Counted from the stretch's first letter, positions 20,978 through 29,163 are shown. The stretch: DNA of 36,250 bases from a virus (IMGVR_UViG_3300047282_000451:1-36250); one strand, 5' to 3'. The notes: generated by a model from the letters alone, not told the origin. Numbers and translations are program-made.

Positions 20978-22446
20978 TGGCAAGCATTATCAGGATTAAA
21001 AGATCCTCTGGTACTAGTTTACCCGGAAGTCTAGAATGGGGTGAATTAGGTTATGTAACTGGTATTGGTAGCGCTTCCGGAACTAATCAATATCGCGATA
21101 GGGTATATATTGGAGATGATGGAACTAATGTAATATCTGTTGGTGGACGTTATTATACGTCCATGATGGATCATGCCCCCGGAACCATTTCTGGAGTAAC
21201 AAATACAAGAAACAGTGACGGTGGAATTGTTGTTATTCTTGACAGTAACCGAAAAGTAGATCAATGGAATGTTGACAACTTAAGGTTAGATGGGAATACT
21301 TTTTCATCACAGAATACTGATGGTGATATTGTATTAGACCCAAATGGAACTGGTGAAATTAATATTGTTGATGATACCTACTTAAGTTTTGGTAATGATA
21401 AGGATGTAAAATTACGATATGATGAAGCAACAGATAATAGATTTGAAATCGAAGGTGCTGATTGGTCTTTTGCCAATGGTGTTTCTATTAATATTGGTGA
21501 TGTAACACAATCAACTGATAAAGATACTGGTGCTTTAGTTGTTGAAGGTGGTGTTGGCATTGAGAAAAATCTCAATGTTGGTGGAAACCTTATCGTTTCT
21601 GGAGTTACAACTTTTACTGGAAATTCAAGAATTGGTGACATAGTATTTGAGCAAAATATAATTTCTAGTGCATCCGGATCAAATGGAATTCTTTATATTG
21701 ACCCATACCCAGATGGATTGAGTAACGAAGGTACGGTCGTAATTAAGGGGGATTTGCAAGTTGACGGTACAACTACTTCAGTAAATTCTACCGTCGTATC
21801 AATCAACGATCCAATTATTATTCTTGGTGATGTAACCAGCAAAAGAACAGTAATGGCACCAGTCTTAACTGGTGTTTCAACAATTACTCTCGATTCTGTA
21901 GCGGGAATTAATACTGGCGACTTAATTCAAGGTAGTGCTTCACTACCTAATAGCGGTCTGACTACTATCACTGCTTATAATAATACCACCAAAATTGTTA
22001 CCATTCAAGGTTCTACTAGTGCAGGTATTAGTACGACCACGCAATTAACAATCACCCATGCATTTGATACTAATACTGATCGTGGTGTTGCTTTTGATTA
22101 TAATACTGGTGTAGGGACTGCTAATAGTAAAACTGGATTTTTTGGATATATTGATGGTAATAATGCTGGAAGTTCATCCACAGCAAGATCTTGGACTTAC
22201 ATTCCAGACGCTATTATTACATCACCAGGAATTGTAACCGGAACAAGAGGATATCTTGATATTAAAGGTATTTACTATCAAACTGGGGATTTTAGCGTAA
22301 ATGGTATCGTTTATTTCGATCCCAATGGACTACAGACTTCAACCGTATCTCCAGGTTCTGGTATTAATACCTCAAACTATATATTAACAACAAATGGTTC
22401 TGGAATTCCAACTTGGACTTCAACTTTAGATGGGGGAACATTCTAA
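20977..22446 (+). CDS. Putative tail/neck fibre protein
   Basis: N-terminal 'IRIKRSSG...L-x2-GELGY' (Mtd-N-like anchor), a 'GALVVEGGVGIEKNLNVGG' beta-helix repeat, 'GDLQVDGTTTSVNST', and C-terminal LDGGTF. It occupies the wac/gp12 position before gp13. Confidence 0.7.
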   Translation: MASIIRIKRSSGTSLPGSLEWGELGYVTGIGSASGTNQYRDRVYIGDDGTNVISVGGRYYTSMMDHAPGTISGVTNTRNSDGGIVVILDSNRKVDQWNVDNLRLDGNTFSSQNTDGDIVLDPNGTGEINIVDDTYLSFGNDKDVKLRYDEATDNRFEIEGADWSFANGVSINIGDVTQSTDKDTGALVVEGGVGIEKNLNVGGNLIVSGVTTFTGNSRIGDIVFEQNIISSASGSNGILYIDPYPDGLSNEGTVVIKGDLQVDGTTTSVNSTVVSINDPIIILGDVTSKRTVMAPVLTGVSTITLDSVAGINTGDLIQGSASLPNSGLTTITAYNNTTKIVTIQGSTSAGISTTTQLTITHAFDTNTDRGVAFDYNTGVGTANSKTGFFGYIDGNNAGSSSTARSWTYIPDAIITSPGIVTGTRGYLDIKGIYYQTGDFSVNGIVYFDPNGLQTSTVSPGSGINTSNYILTTNGSGIPTWTSTLDGGTF

Positions 22447-22449
22447 TTT

Positions 22450-22632
22450 ATGTCAAATCAAAATAATGAAGTTGATGTGAATGTTTTGATTAAACTATAT
22501 AATCAAAAGTTATCAACTATAACAAATCAAAATATTTTGTTAGAGGCAAAACTACAAACACTATCTAAAGATTATTTTGAATTGGAAGAAAAATATAATC
22601 AATTGTTAATTTCTAGTCAAATAGAGGAATAG
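22450..22632 (+). CDS. Small coiled-coil protein
   Basis: 60 aa with a heptad pattern (NILLEAKLQTL); fills the gap before gp13. Confidence 0.75.
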   Translation: MSNQNNEVDVNVLIKLYNQKLSTITNQNILLEAKLQTLSKDYFELEEKYNQLLISSQIEE

Positions 22633-22636
22633 TAAA

Positions 22637-23482
22637 ATGGCAAAACCGGCGAGTAGGCAAGAACTAATAGATTACTGTCTAAGAAGGCTAGGTGCCCCTG
22701 TATTGGAGATTAACGTTGATGATGATCAGATAGACGATTTGGTAGATGATGCCCTCCAGTACTTCCAGGAGAGGCATTTTGATGGCGTTGAAAGAATGTA
22801 TTTGAAATATAAATTTACACAAGCAGATCTGGATAGAGGTAGAGCAAAGGGTACTAATGGTGTTGGTATTGTAACTACGACTGCAACATCTACAAATATA
22901 AGTGGATATGGGACTACAACATCAAGTTTTTACGAAACTTCCAATTTTATTCAAGTCCCAGACTCAGTTATTGGAGTAGAAAAGATCTTTAAATTTGATA
23001 CAAGTTCAATATCAGGTGGAATGTTTAGTATTAAATATCAATTATTTTTGAATGATTTATATTATTTTAATTCTGTTGAACTTTTGCAGTATTCAATGGT
23101 AAAAACTTATCTAGAAGATATCGATTTCTTACTAACAACGGATAAGCAAGTGAGATATAATAAAAGACAGGATAGGTTGTACTTGGATATTGATTGGGGA
23201 GCACAATCTCTCGGAACGTATCTTGTTTTAGATTGCTATAGAATTTTAGATCCAAATACATATACAAATGTTTATAATGATAGTTTCTTGAAAAAATACT
23301 TAACATCATTAATCAAAAGGCAATGGGGACAAAATTTAATTAAATTTAGAGGAGTAAAACTTCCTGGAGGAATTGAATTAAATGGAAGAGAAATATATGA
23401 AGATGCCGAGAGAGAACTAGAAAGTATCAAACAAGTTATGGCTCTTGAGTACGAATTACCACCTTACGATTTTATTGGATAA
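22637..23482 (+). CDS. gp13: Neck protein gp13
   Basis: 'LIDYCLRRLGAPVLEINVDDDQ...ALQYFQERHFDG' and 'KRQWGQNLIKF-x-GVKLPGG-x2-LNG' are hallmark gp13 motifs. SD GAGG is present upstream. Confidence 0.95.
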   Translation: MAKPASRQELIDYCLRRLGAPVLEINVDDDQIDDLVDDALQYFQERHFDGVERMYLKYKFTQADLDRGRAKGTNGVGIVTTTATSTNISGYGTTTSSFYETSNFIQVPDSVIGVEKIFKFDTSSISGGMFSIKYQLFLNDLYYFNSVELLQYSMVKTYLEDIDFLLTTDKQVRYNKRQDRLYLDIDWGAQSLGTYLVLDCYRILDPNTYTNVYNDSFLKKYLTSLIKRQWGQNLIKFRGVKLPGGIELNGREIYEDAERELESIKQVMALEYELPPYDFIG

Positions 23483-24912
23483 TGGCACTTAATCCCTTTT
23501 TCTTACAAGGATCACCTAGCGAACAAAGACTTATACAAGATTTAATCAACGAACAGTTGATGATTTATGGTGTAGAAGTTACTTATATACCTAGAAAATT
23601 TGTAAGAAAACAAACTGTCATTGAAGAAATACAATCATCAAAATTTGATGATAATTTTTTAATCGAAGCATATGTAAACACGTATGAGGGATATTCTGGA
23701 GCTGGAGATATTTTAACCAAATTTGGAATGAGTTTGAGAGATGAACTTGTTATAACAATATCAAAAGAACGATTTGAAGATTTTATTGCTGCATTTTTAA
23801 CTTCAATGCCAGATGATGAGGTGGAATTAACAACTAGACCTCGTGAAGGAGATCTTATTTATTTTCCATTGGGTCAAAGATTATTTGAAGTTAAATTTGT
23901 AGAACACGAAAAACCTTTTTATCAATTAGGAAGAAATTATGTTTATGAACTAAAATGTGAACTATTTGAATATGAAGATGAAATTCTTGATACTTCAATT
24001 GATGAAATTGATACCACAATTCAAGAAACCGGATTTATTACAACTCTTAACTTAATAGGACTTGGTGCTACTGCCGTCGCTAGTGCCAATAAAGGAAGTG
24101 GGTACATTAGCAACATATTCTTAAATAATGATGGTAGTGGATATACTGGGAATCCAGTCGTTTCAATTTCAACAGCACCATATGGAGGCACTAATGCCAC
24201 TGCTGTTGCCATAACAACAAATAAGGCTGGCGTCTATTCTATTGATAGAATTTTACTTACGAATGCTGGAATCGGGTATACCGTAGAACCTACGATAACA
24301 ATTAGTGGTGGTAATGGGATTGGGGCAGCTGCTACTTGCTCTATACAAACTAACAATTTTGGCGTTGTTTCAATTTTTGTTTCTAATAATGGTGTTGGAT
24401 ATTCAACTATTCCTTCAGTAACCATTTCCGGACCAACAGGATCTGGAATTACAGCATCTGCGGTAGCAACAATAAATTCTGATACGCAAGTTTCTTCTAT
24501 AAGACTAGTAAATCCAGGTGCTGGATATACTACTGGAGATACTCCAACAGTTACAATTGCATCACCACCTTTAATTACGGGTATTGGAACCTACAAATTC
24601 AATGAAGTTGTTAGAGGATTAACATCAGGAACAGAAGGAAGAGTTAAGTCTTGGGACTCTGATACAAAAGTTCTTAAGGTTTCACTGGTTGGTATTGGAA
24701 CAACGGTGAGTGGATTTATTCCTGGCGAAATAGTTGTTGGAACTTCGTCTACAGTTTCGGCGGCAACTACATCTAATGGATATGCATTATATACTATCAA
24801 ATCATATGATCACAGAGACATATATGATAAATATGAACAAAACGATGAAATTGAAGAAGAAGCAGATACCTTCATAGATTTCTCTCAAACAAATCCATTT
24901 GGTGCATATTAA
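23482..24912 (+). CDS. gp14: Neck protein gp14 with inserted G-x-GY repeat region
   Basis: 'RPREGDLIYFP...LFEVKFVEHEKPFYQLG...Y-x-LKCELFEY' and C-terminal 'DFSQTNPFG'. Confidence 0.93.
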   Translation: MALNPFFLQGSPSEQRLIQDLINEQLMIYGVEVTYIPRKFVRKQTVIEEIQSSKFDDNFLIEAYVNTYEGYSGAGDILTKFGMSLRDELVITISKERFEDFIAAFLTSMPDDEVELTTRPREGDLIYFPLGQRLFEVKFVEHEKPFYQLGRNYVYELKCELFEYEDEILDTSIDEIDTTIQETGFITTLNLIGLGATAVASANKGSGYISNIFLNNDGSGYTGNPVVSISTAPYGGTNATAVAITTNKAGVYSIDRILLTNAGIGYTVEPTITISGGNGIGAAATCSIQTNNFGVVSIFVSNNGVGYSTIPSVTISGPTGSGITASAVATINSDTQVSSIRLVNPGAGYTTGDTPTVTIASPPLITGIGTYKFNEVVRGLTSGTEGRVKSWDSDTKVLKVSLVGIGTTVSGFIPGEIVVGTSSTVSAATTSNGYALYTIKSYDHRDIYDKYEQNDEIEEEADTFIDFSQTNPFGAY

Positions 24913-24924
24913 GTAATTAAGTAA

Positions 24925-24932
24925 TATAAATA
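24925..24932 (+). promoter_or_regulatory. T4-type late promoter (TATAAATA) upstream of the HNH endonuclease
   Basis: Exact motif 25 nt upstream of ATG 24958. T4-like homing endonucleases typically carry their own late promoter. Confidence 0.8.
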
Positions 24933-24957
24933 TAATAGTTGATAAAAATAGTATCCA

Positions 24958-25485
24958 ATGAAAACTTATTATCATAATCACCATATAATACCAAAACATA
25001 TGGGAGGAAGTGATAATCCAGATAATATTATTAAATTAACTGTTCAAGAACACGCAAAATCGCACAAAATTCTTTGGGAAAAATACGGTAAAAAGGAAGA
25101 CGAAATTGCTTGGAGAATGTTAAGTGGACAAATAACACCATATGAAGCAACAATAGAGGCGATTAGAAATTCTTCAAAAAAAACTTGTGAGAAAAGAAAT
25201 AAAGAAAACAATCCGATGTGGGATCCCAAAAATGTAGAAAAAGCGAAAAAAAATATTAAAAAATTTTGGGATAACAATCCAGAATTAAAAAAAGAAGTAT
25301 CAAAGAGATCAAAAATGATAAATACAGGTAAAAGAAGGACTGAAGAACAAAAAGAAAATTACAGAAATGCTAAATTAGGAAAGCATTATCCAACTTCAAA
25401 AAGAAAATGCTCTTGTCTAGGTTGTAAAAAAGAAACAACTACGCAGGCATTTTACAGAGTTCATTTAAAAAAATGTTTTGAATAA
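24958..25485 (+). mobile_element. Free-standing HNH homing endonuclease with NUMOD3-like basic DNA-binding region
   Basis: 'HHIIPKHMGGSDNPDNIIKLTVQEHAKSHKIL' HNH motif. The Lys-rich C-terminus has 'ENNPMW', 'NTGKRRTEEQKE...AKLGK' and a Cys/His cluster. It is A-rich and sits between the normally adjacent gp14 and gp15. Confidence 0.88.
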
Positions 25486-25499
25486 TCGGGTATAGGAAA

Positions 25500-26546
25500 A
25501 CGTTAGGGACTTATTTTTACCATGAAATTATTAGAAGAACTGTAATTTCATTTGGCACAATTTTTAATGATATTCATATTCGCCACAAAAACTCCAATAA
25601 TGGAGAAATAAGCGATATGAGAGTTCCTTTAGCATATGGACCGGTTCAAAAGTTTTTAGCAAGAATTGAACAGCAACCAAATCTCAATAAAGCGACTCAG
25701 ATATCTTTACCAAGAATGTCATTTGAGATGAATTCAATTCAGTATGATCCATCTAGAAAGGCAGGTGTAACTCAAACTTTCAAAGCATCAGATGGGACTA
25801 ATTTGAAAAAGGTTTATATGCCAGTTCCATATAATCTGGGATTTGAATTAAATATTCTAGCAAAACTTAATGATGATTGCTTACAAATCGTTGAACAAAT
25901 AATTCCATTCTTCCAACCAACATTTAATATAACAATTGATCTTATAGATTCAATTGGAGAAAAAAGAGATATTAGTGTAGTATTAGATAGCATATCTTTT
26001 CAGGATGATTATGAGGGAGATTTTTCAACCAGAAGAGCATTAATTTATACTTTACAATTTACCGCTAAAACTTATATGTTTGGTCCAATTGCAGATACTA
26101 CTGATGGACTCATTCGTAAGGTTCAAGTTGACTATTATGCTAATACTGATAGAGAAACTGCAAAACGTGAATTAAGATATTCGGTCACACCAAAAGCACT
26201 TAAAGATTACAATAATGACAATGTTTCAATTTTAAAAGAAGCATTGAACAAAACGGAAACGAGATTAACTGTTAATACATCTAGTGGAATAGTAAGTGAA
26301 GATAGAATTATTATTGATAGAGAAATTATGAAGGTTATGGAAGTCGTTGATTCAGAAACAATTGTAGTAAAAAGAGGATATGATGGAAGTTCTATTACAT
26401 CTCATTTAGAAAATACATCTATTGATAAACTAACAAGTTCCGATGATTCCTTGGTTCATATTGATGATGATTTTGGATTTAATGAAAACATATCATCATT
26501 TATTGATTCTAGGGATTTTAGTCCGTCTAGAAGTATAGATATTTAA
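25500..26546 (+). CDS. gp15: Tail terminator / sheath stabiliser gp15 (homology begins at ACG 25500, 39 codons upstream of the first ATG)
   Basis: In frame upstream of ATG 25617: ACG-LGTYFYHEIIRRTVISFGTIFNDI, the conserved gp15 N-terminus. It continues with VPLAYGP, LPRMSFE, MPVPYN, QIVEQIIPFFQP and DDYEGDFSTRR. The start codon is uncertain. Confidence 0.9.
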   Translation, partial: TLGTYFYHEIIRRTVISFGTIFNDIHIRHKNSNNGEISDMRVPLAYGPVQKFLARIEQQPNLNKATQISLPRMSFEMNSIQYDPSRKAGVTQTFKASDGTNLKKVYMPVPYNLGFELNILAKLNDDCLQIVEQIIPFFQPTFNITIDLIDSIGEKRDISVVLDSISFQDDYEGDFSTRRALIYTLQFTAKTYMFGPIADTTDGLIRKVQVDYYANTDRETAKRELRYSVTPKALKDYNNDNVSILKEALNKTETRLTVNTSSGIVSEDRIIIDREIMKVMEVVDSETIVVKRGYDGSSITSHLENTSIDKLTSSDDSLVHIDDDFGFNENISSFIDSRDFSPSRSIDI

Positions 26547-26562
26547 TGGACGCAATCAAACT

Positions 26563-26997
26563 ATGTCAAATAAATTTGATAAAATAGACCAAGCACTTAA
26601 TATTGAAAGTAGTATTGTTGAAGTTGATAATACTTCTGAATCCCCTTTAAAAACTTTAGATGTTCTCAAAAATAATTCCGAAGATATAAAAAAAGATTAT
26701 GAATATACTCGGGCAAACTTATATTCTTTGATTGAGAAAGGTCAAGAAGCTATCAATGGTATAATGGAATTAGCAGGGGAAGGTGGTTCTCCAAGAGCAT
26801 ATGAAGTTGCAGGTCAATTGATTAAATCAGTAGGTGATGTAACTGATAAACTTATAGATCTACAAAGGAAATTAAAAGATGTTGAGGAAGACACTGTAAA
26901 AACAACAAATAATGTTACTAATAATGCATTATTTGTTGGTTCAACTTCCGAATTGTCAAAACTACTCAAACAAGGTTTTCTAAATAATAAAGAGTAA
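26563..26997 (+). CDS. gp16: Terminase small subunit gp16
   Basis: 'DYEYTRANLYSLIEKGQEAI...PRAYEVAGQLIK...NNALFVGSTSEL'. Confidence 0.93.
   Translation: MSNKFDKIDQALNIESSIVEVDNTSESPLKTLDVLKNNSEDIKKDYEYTRANLYSLIEKGQEAINGIMELAGEGGSPRAYEVAGQLIKSVGDVTDKLIDLQRKLKDVEEDTVKTTNNVTNNALFVGSTSELSKLLKQGFLNNKE
26979..26986 (+). promoter_or_regulatory. Probable late promoter variant (TCTAAATA)
   Basis: One mismatch to TATAAATA, in the 3' end of gp16, 25 nt before ATG 27012. Confidence 0.55.
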
Positions 26998-27011
26998 TTC
27001 TTTCTATCCTA

Positions 27012-28844
27012 ATGGGTTGGTCTGAAAAATATAAAAAATCTATTGATTGTGATAACCCAAAAGGATTTTCACAGAAAGCTCACTGTCAAGGTAAAAGGAA
27101 AAAATTGAAAGAACAATTAAAACCATTCAAATCAGTTGAACAAATAGCAAAGAAACATCGTCTTGAAGTTTCTTTTATTCAAAAACAACTGGATATGGGA
27201 GAACCAATTGAACATGAGCACACTAAAGATCATAGGTTGGCAATGGAAATTGCTCTTCAACATCTTGATGAAATTCCAGATTATTACACTCGTTTGAAAA
27301 AAATGGAAACAGATGCTAAAAAGCATCACAAAAAATTTAAAGATGTAAAAGAAGAAACCAAATCCGGAGATGAAGGTCTCCACGATTGGTTTGGTAAATC
27401 AAAATCATCTTCTGGAAAAAAAGGTTGGGTTCAATTGGGTGGAAAGTTTTCAGGAAAACCTTGTGCTAGACAACCCGGACAAACATCTACACCAAAATGT
27501 GGAAGTTCGAAAATGAAAAGGGAACTTTCAAAAGATGAAGAAGAGGCAGCAAGAAGAAGAAAAAATAGATTGGATCCAAATCAACCAGAAAAGTCTGGTG
27601 GTGCAAAACCAACAAACGTTAGGACAGAAGAAATGAATCTCCAAGAAGTAAAAGATAAACCAGGCAAAGGTAGTGGTAAGAAAGATGCCTGCTATAGTAA
27701 GGTAAAATCTAGATATAGTGTTTGGCCAAGTGCCTATGCTTCTGGAGCACTAGTTAAATGCCGTAAAGTTGGTGCTGCAAATTGGGGAACTAAAACTGAA
27801 CAAGTCAATATGATGAGATACTGTCCAAAATGTAAAAAGGATGAATTAAGAGATGAGTGTAAGTATGGTGGTAAATATTGGGATATGTATTCTTTACCAA
27901 CTAATTTGTCTTCGGTAGCAATGTCAAATCCTCACTATCATGCAAATAGTCCACACCCAGCAAATGAAGAAAAAGACCATGAATATTCAATGGCTCGTTC
28001 CGAAATTTCTACGATTATTGCAGCGGCAAAAAGACTAAAGAAAAAAATGGGTAAAGGTGAAGGTAATCTTGAGGCATGGGTTCAATCAAAGATTACAAAG
28101 GCAGCGGACTATATTGATGCCGCAGCAGATTATGTTGATAGTGGCGAAATGCAATCTGAAAATGTATCGATTGAGGATGCTAATGGTAAAAAATATGTCC
28201 AGTTTATTGATATTATTAGACCTCAATCATTAAAACCATCTGTTGGTATTGGTAGTAAACTTATTGGTGAAGGATTGAGTTTTGAAATTAGTGGAAAAAA
28301 AACCACCGGTATGGGAAGAATGACCCAACAAGATATTGATAGGTTAAAGAAGGGAAATCCTGGTGCATCTGAAAAAATTGATCAAAAATATCAACAAATT
28401 AGAAAAGGAATTAGTTTACCACCAGTATCAAAAGAAACCTATGAACCAAACAGTGAAATAATTGGTGAAAAATGTTGGTCTGGATATAAGAAAATTGGAA
28501 TGAAAAAGAAAGGTCTAAAAATTGTTCCAAATTGCGTAAAAGAAGAATACTCAAATTGGAGGGAAGAACTTGCAGAATCATCCCCAGCTTGGCAAAGAAC
28601 GGAAGGTAAGAATCCAAAAGGTGGGTTAAATAGAAAAGGGATTGCTTCTTATCGTAGAGAGAACCCAGGTTCAAAACTCTCAATGGCAGTTACTACAAAA
28701 CCTTCAAAATTAAAACCAGGATCAAAACCAGCAAAACGCAGAAAATCATTTTGTGCTCGTATGGGTGGAATGCCTGGTCCTATGAAAGATGAAAAAGGTC
28801 GCCCAACAAGAAAAGCACTATCTCTCCGCAAATGGAATTGTTAA
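27012..28844 (+). CDS. 610-aa modular basic protein, putative capsid-internal polyprotein
   Basis: A string of short Lys/Cys/Trp-rich modules separated by Glu-containing linkers (see findings). Confidence 0.8.
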   Translation: MGWSEKYKKSIDCDNPKGFSQKAHCQGKRKKLKEQLKPFKSVEQIAKKHRLEVSFIQKQLDMGEPIEHEHTKDHRLAMEIALQHLDEIPDYYTRLKKMETDAKKHHKKFKDVKEETKSGDEGLHDWFGKSKSSSGKKGWVQLGGKFSGKPCARQPGQTSTPKCGSSKMKRELSKDEEEAARRRKNRLDPNQPEKSGGAKPTNVRTEEMNLQEVKDKPGKGSGKKDACYSKVKSRYSVWPSAYASGALVKCRKVGAANWGTKTEQVNMMRYCPKCKKDELRDECKYGGKYWDMYSLPTNLSSVAMSNPHYHANSPHPANEEKDHEYSMARSEISTIIAAAKRLKKKMGKGEGNLEAWVQSKITKAADYIDAAADYVDSGEMQSENVSIEDANGKKYVQFIDIIRPQSLKPSVGIGSKLIGEGLSFEISGKKTTGMGRMTQQDIDRLKKGNPGASEKIDQKYQQIRKGISLPPVSKETYEPNSEIIGEKCWSGYKKIGMKKKGLKIVPNCVKEEYSNWREELAESSPAWQRTEGKNPKGGLNRKGIASYRRENPGSKLSMAVTTKPSKLKPGSKPAKRRKSFCARMGGMPGPMKDEKGRPTRKALSLRKWNC

Positions 28845-28845
28845 T

Positions 28846-29160
28846 ATGAAAAGTTTTAAACAGTTTATTTCTGAAGGTATAAACATCGCTGGTGATTTCA
28901 ATGGAAATCTCTATGTGAATAGTTCTAACCAAGAACCAGAACCAGTTGGAGAATCTTTTTCTGCAGATATAGTTTGGGAAGGAAAATTATATCGCATTGA
29001 AATTGAGGGTAGCATTATGGATAAAAACTCACTTGCGGAGCAACTTCAAGGAGAATATCCTGGGGCAATTGTTCACAATGTTTACCCATCATCACCAAAC
29101 TCACTAAAAATTAAAAACGCACAAAGATATAGACCAGAAAGACTATCTTGGGATGAATGA
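28846..29160 (+). CDS. 104-aa protein with T4 capsid-targeting-like N-terminus (MKSFKQFISE)
   Basis: ATG 28846 lies just after the upstream stop. The N-terminus matches the T4 internal-protein CTS pattern (MKTYQEFIAE-like). The track start at 28789 overlaps the upstream gene and is less likely. Confidence 0.75.
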   Translation: MKSFKQFISEGINIAGDFNGNLYVNSSNQEPEPVGESFSADIVWEGKLYRIEIEGSIMDKNSLAEQLQGEYPGAIVHNVYPSSPNSLKIKNAQRYRPERLSWDE

Positions 29161-29163
29161 CTT

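Noticed and set aside
25464-25481. Slippery heptamer T TTA AAA near the HNH end, whose -1 frame is the gp15 frame, plus ATG at 25473
   Set aside because: The -1 frame hits TGA at 25479 (ATG TTT TGA). An HNH-gp15 fusion or a start at 25473 would also need stop readthrough, and TGA is used as a normal stop elsewhere in the window.
24913-25502. Group I intron around the HNH gene
   Set aside because: The non-coding flanks are only ~45 and ~15 nt, and I could not see P7 or other core motifs. The segment does end in G before TTAGGG, but that alone is insufficient.
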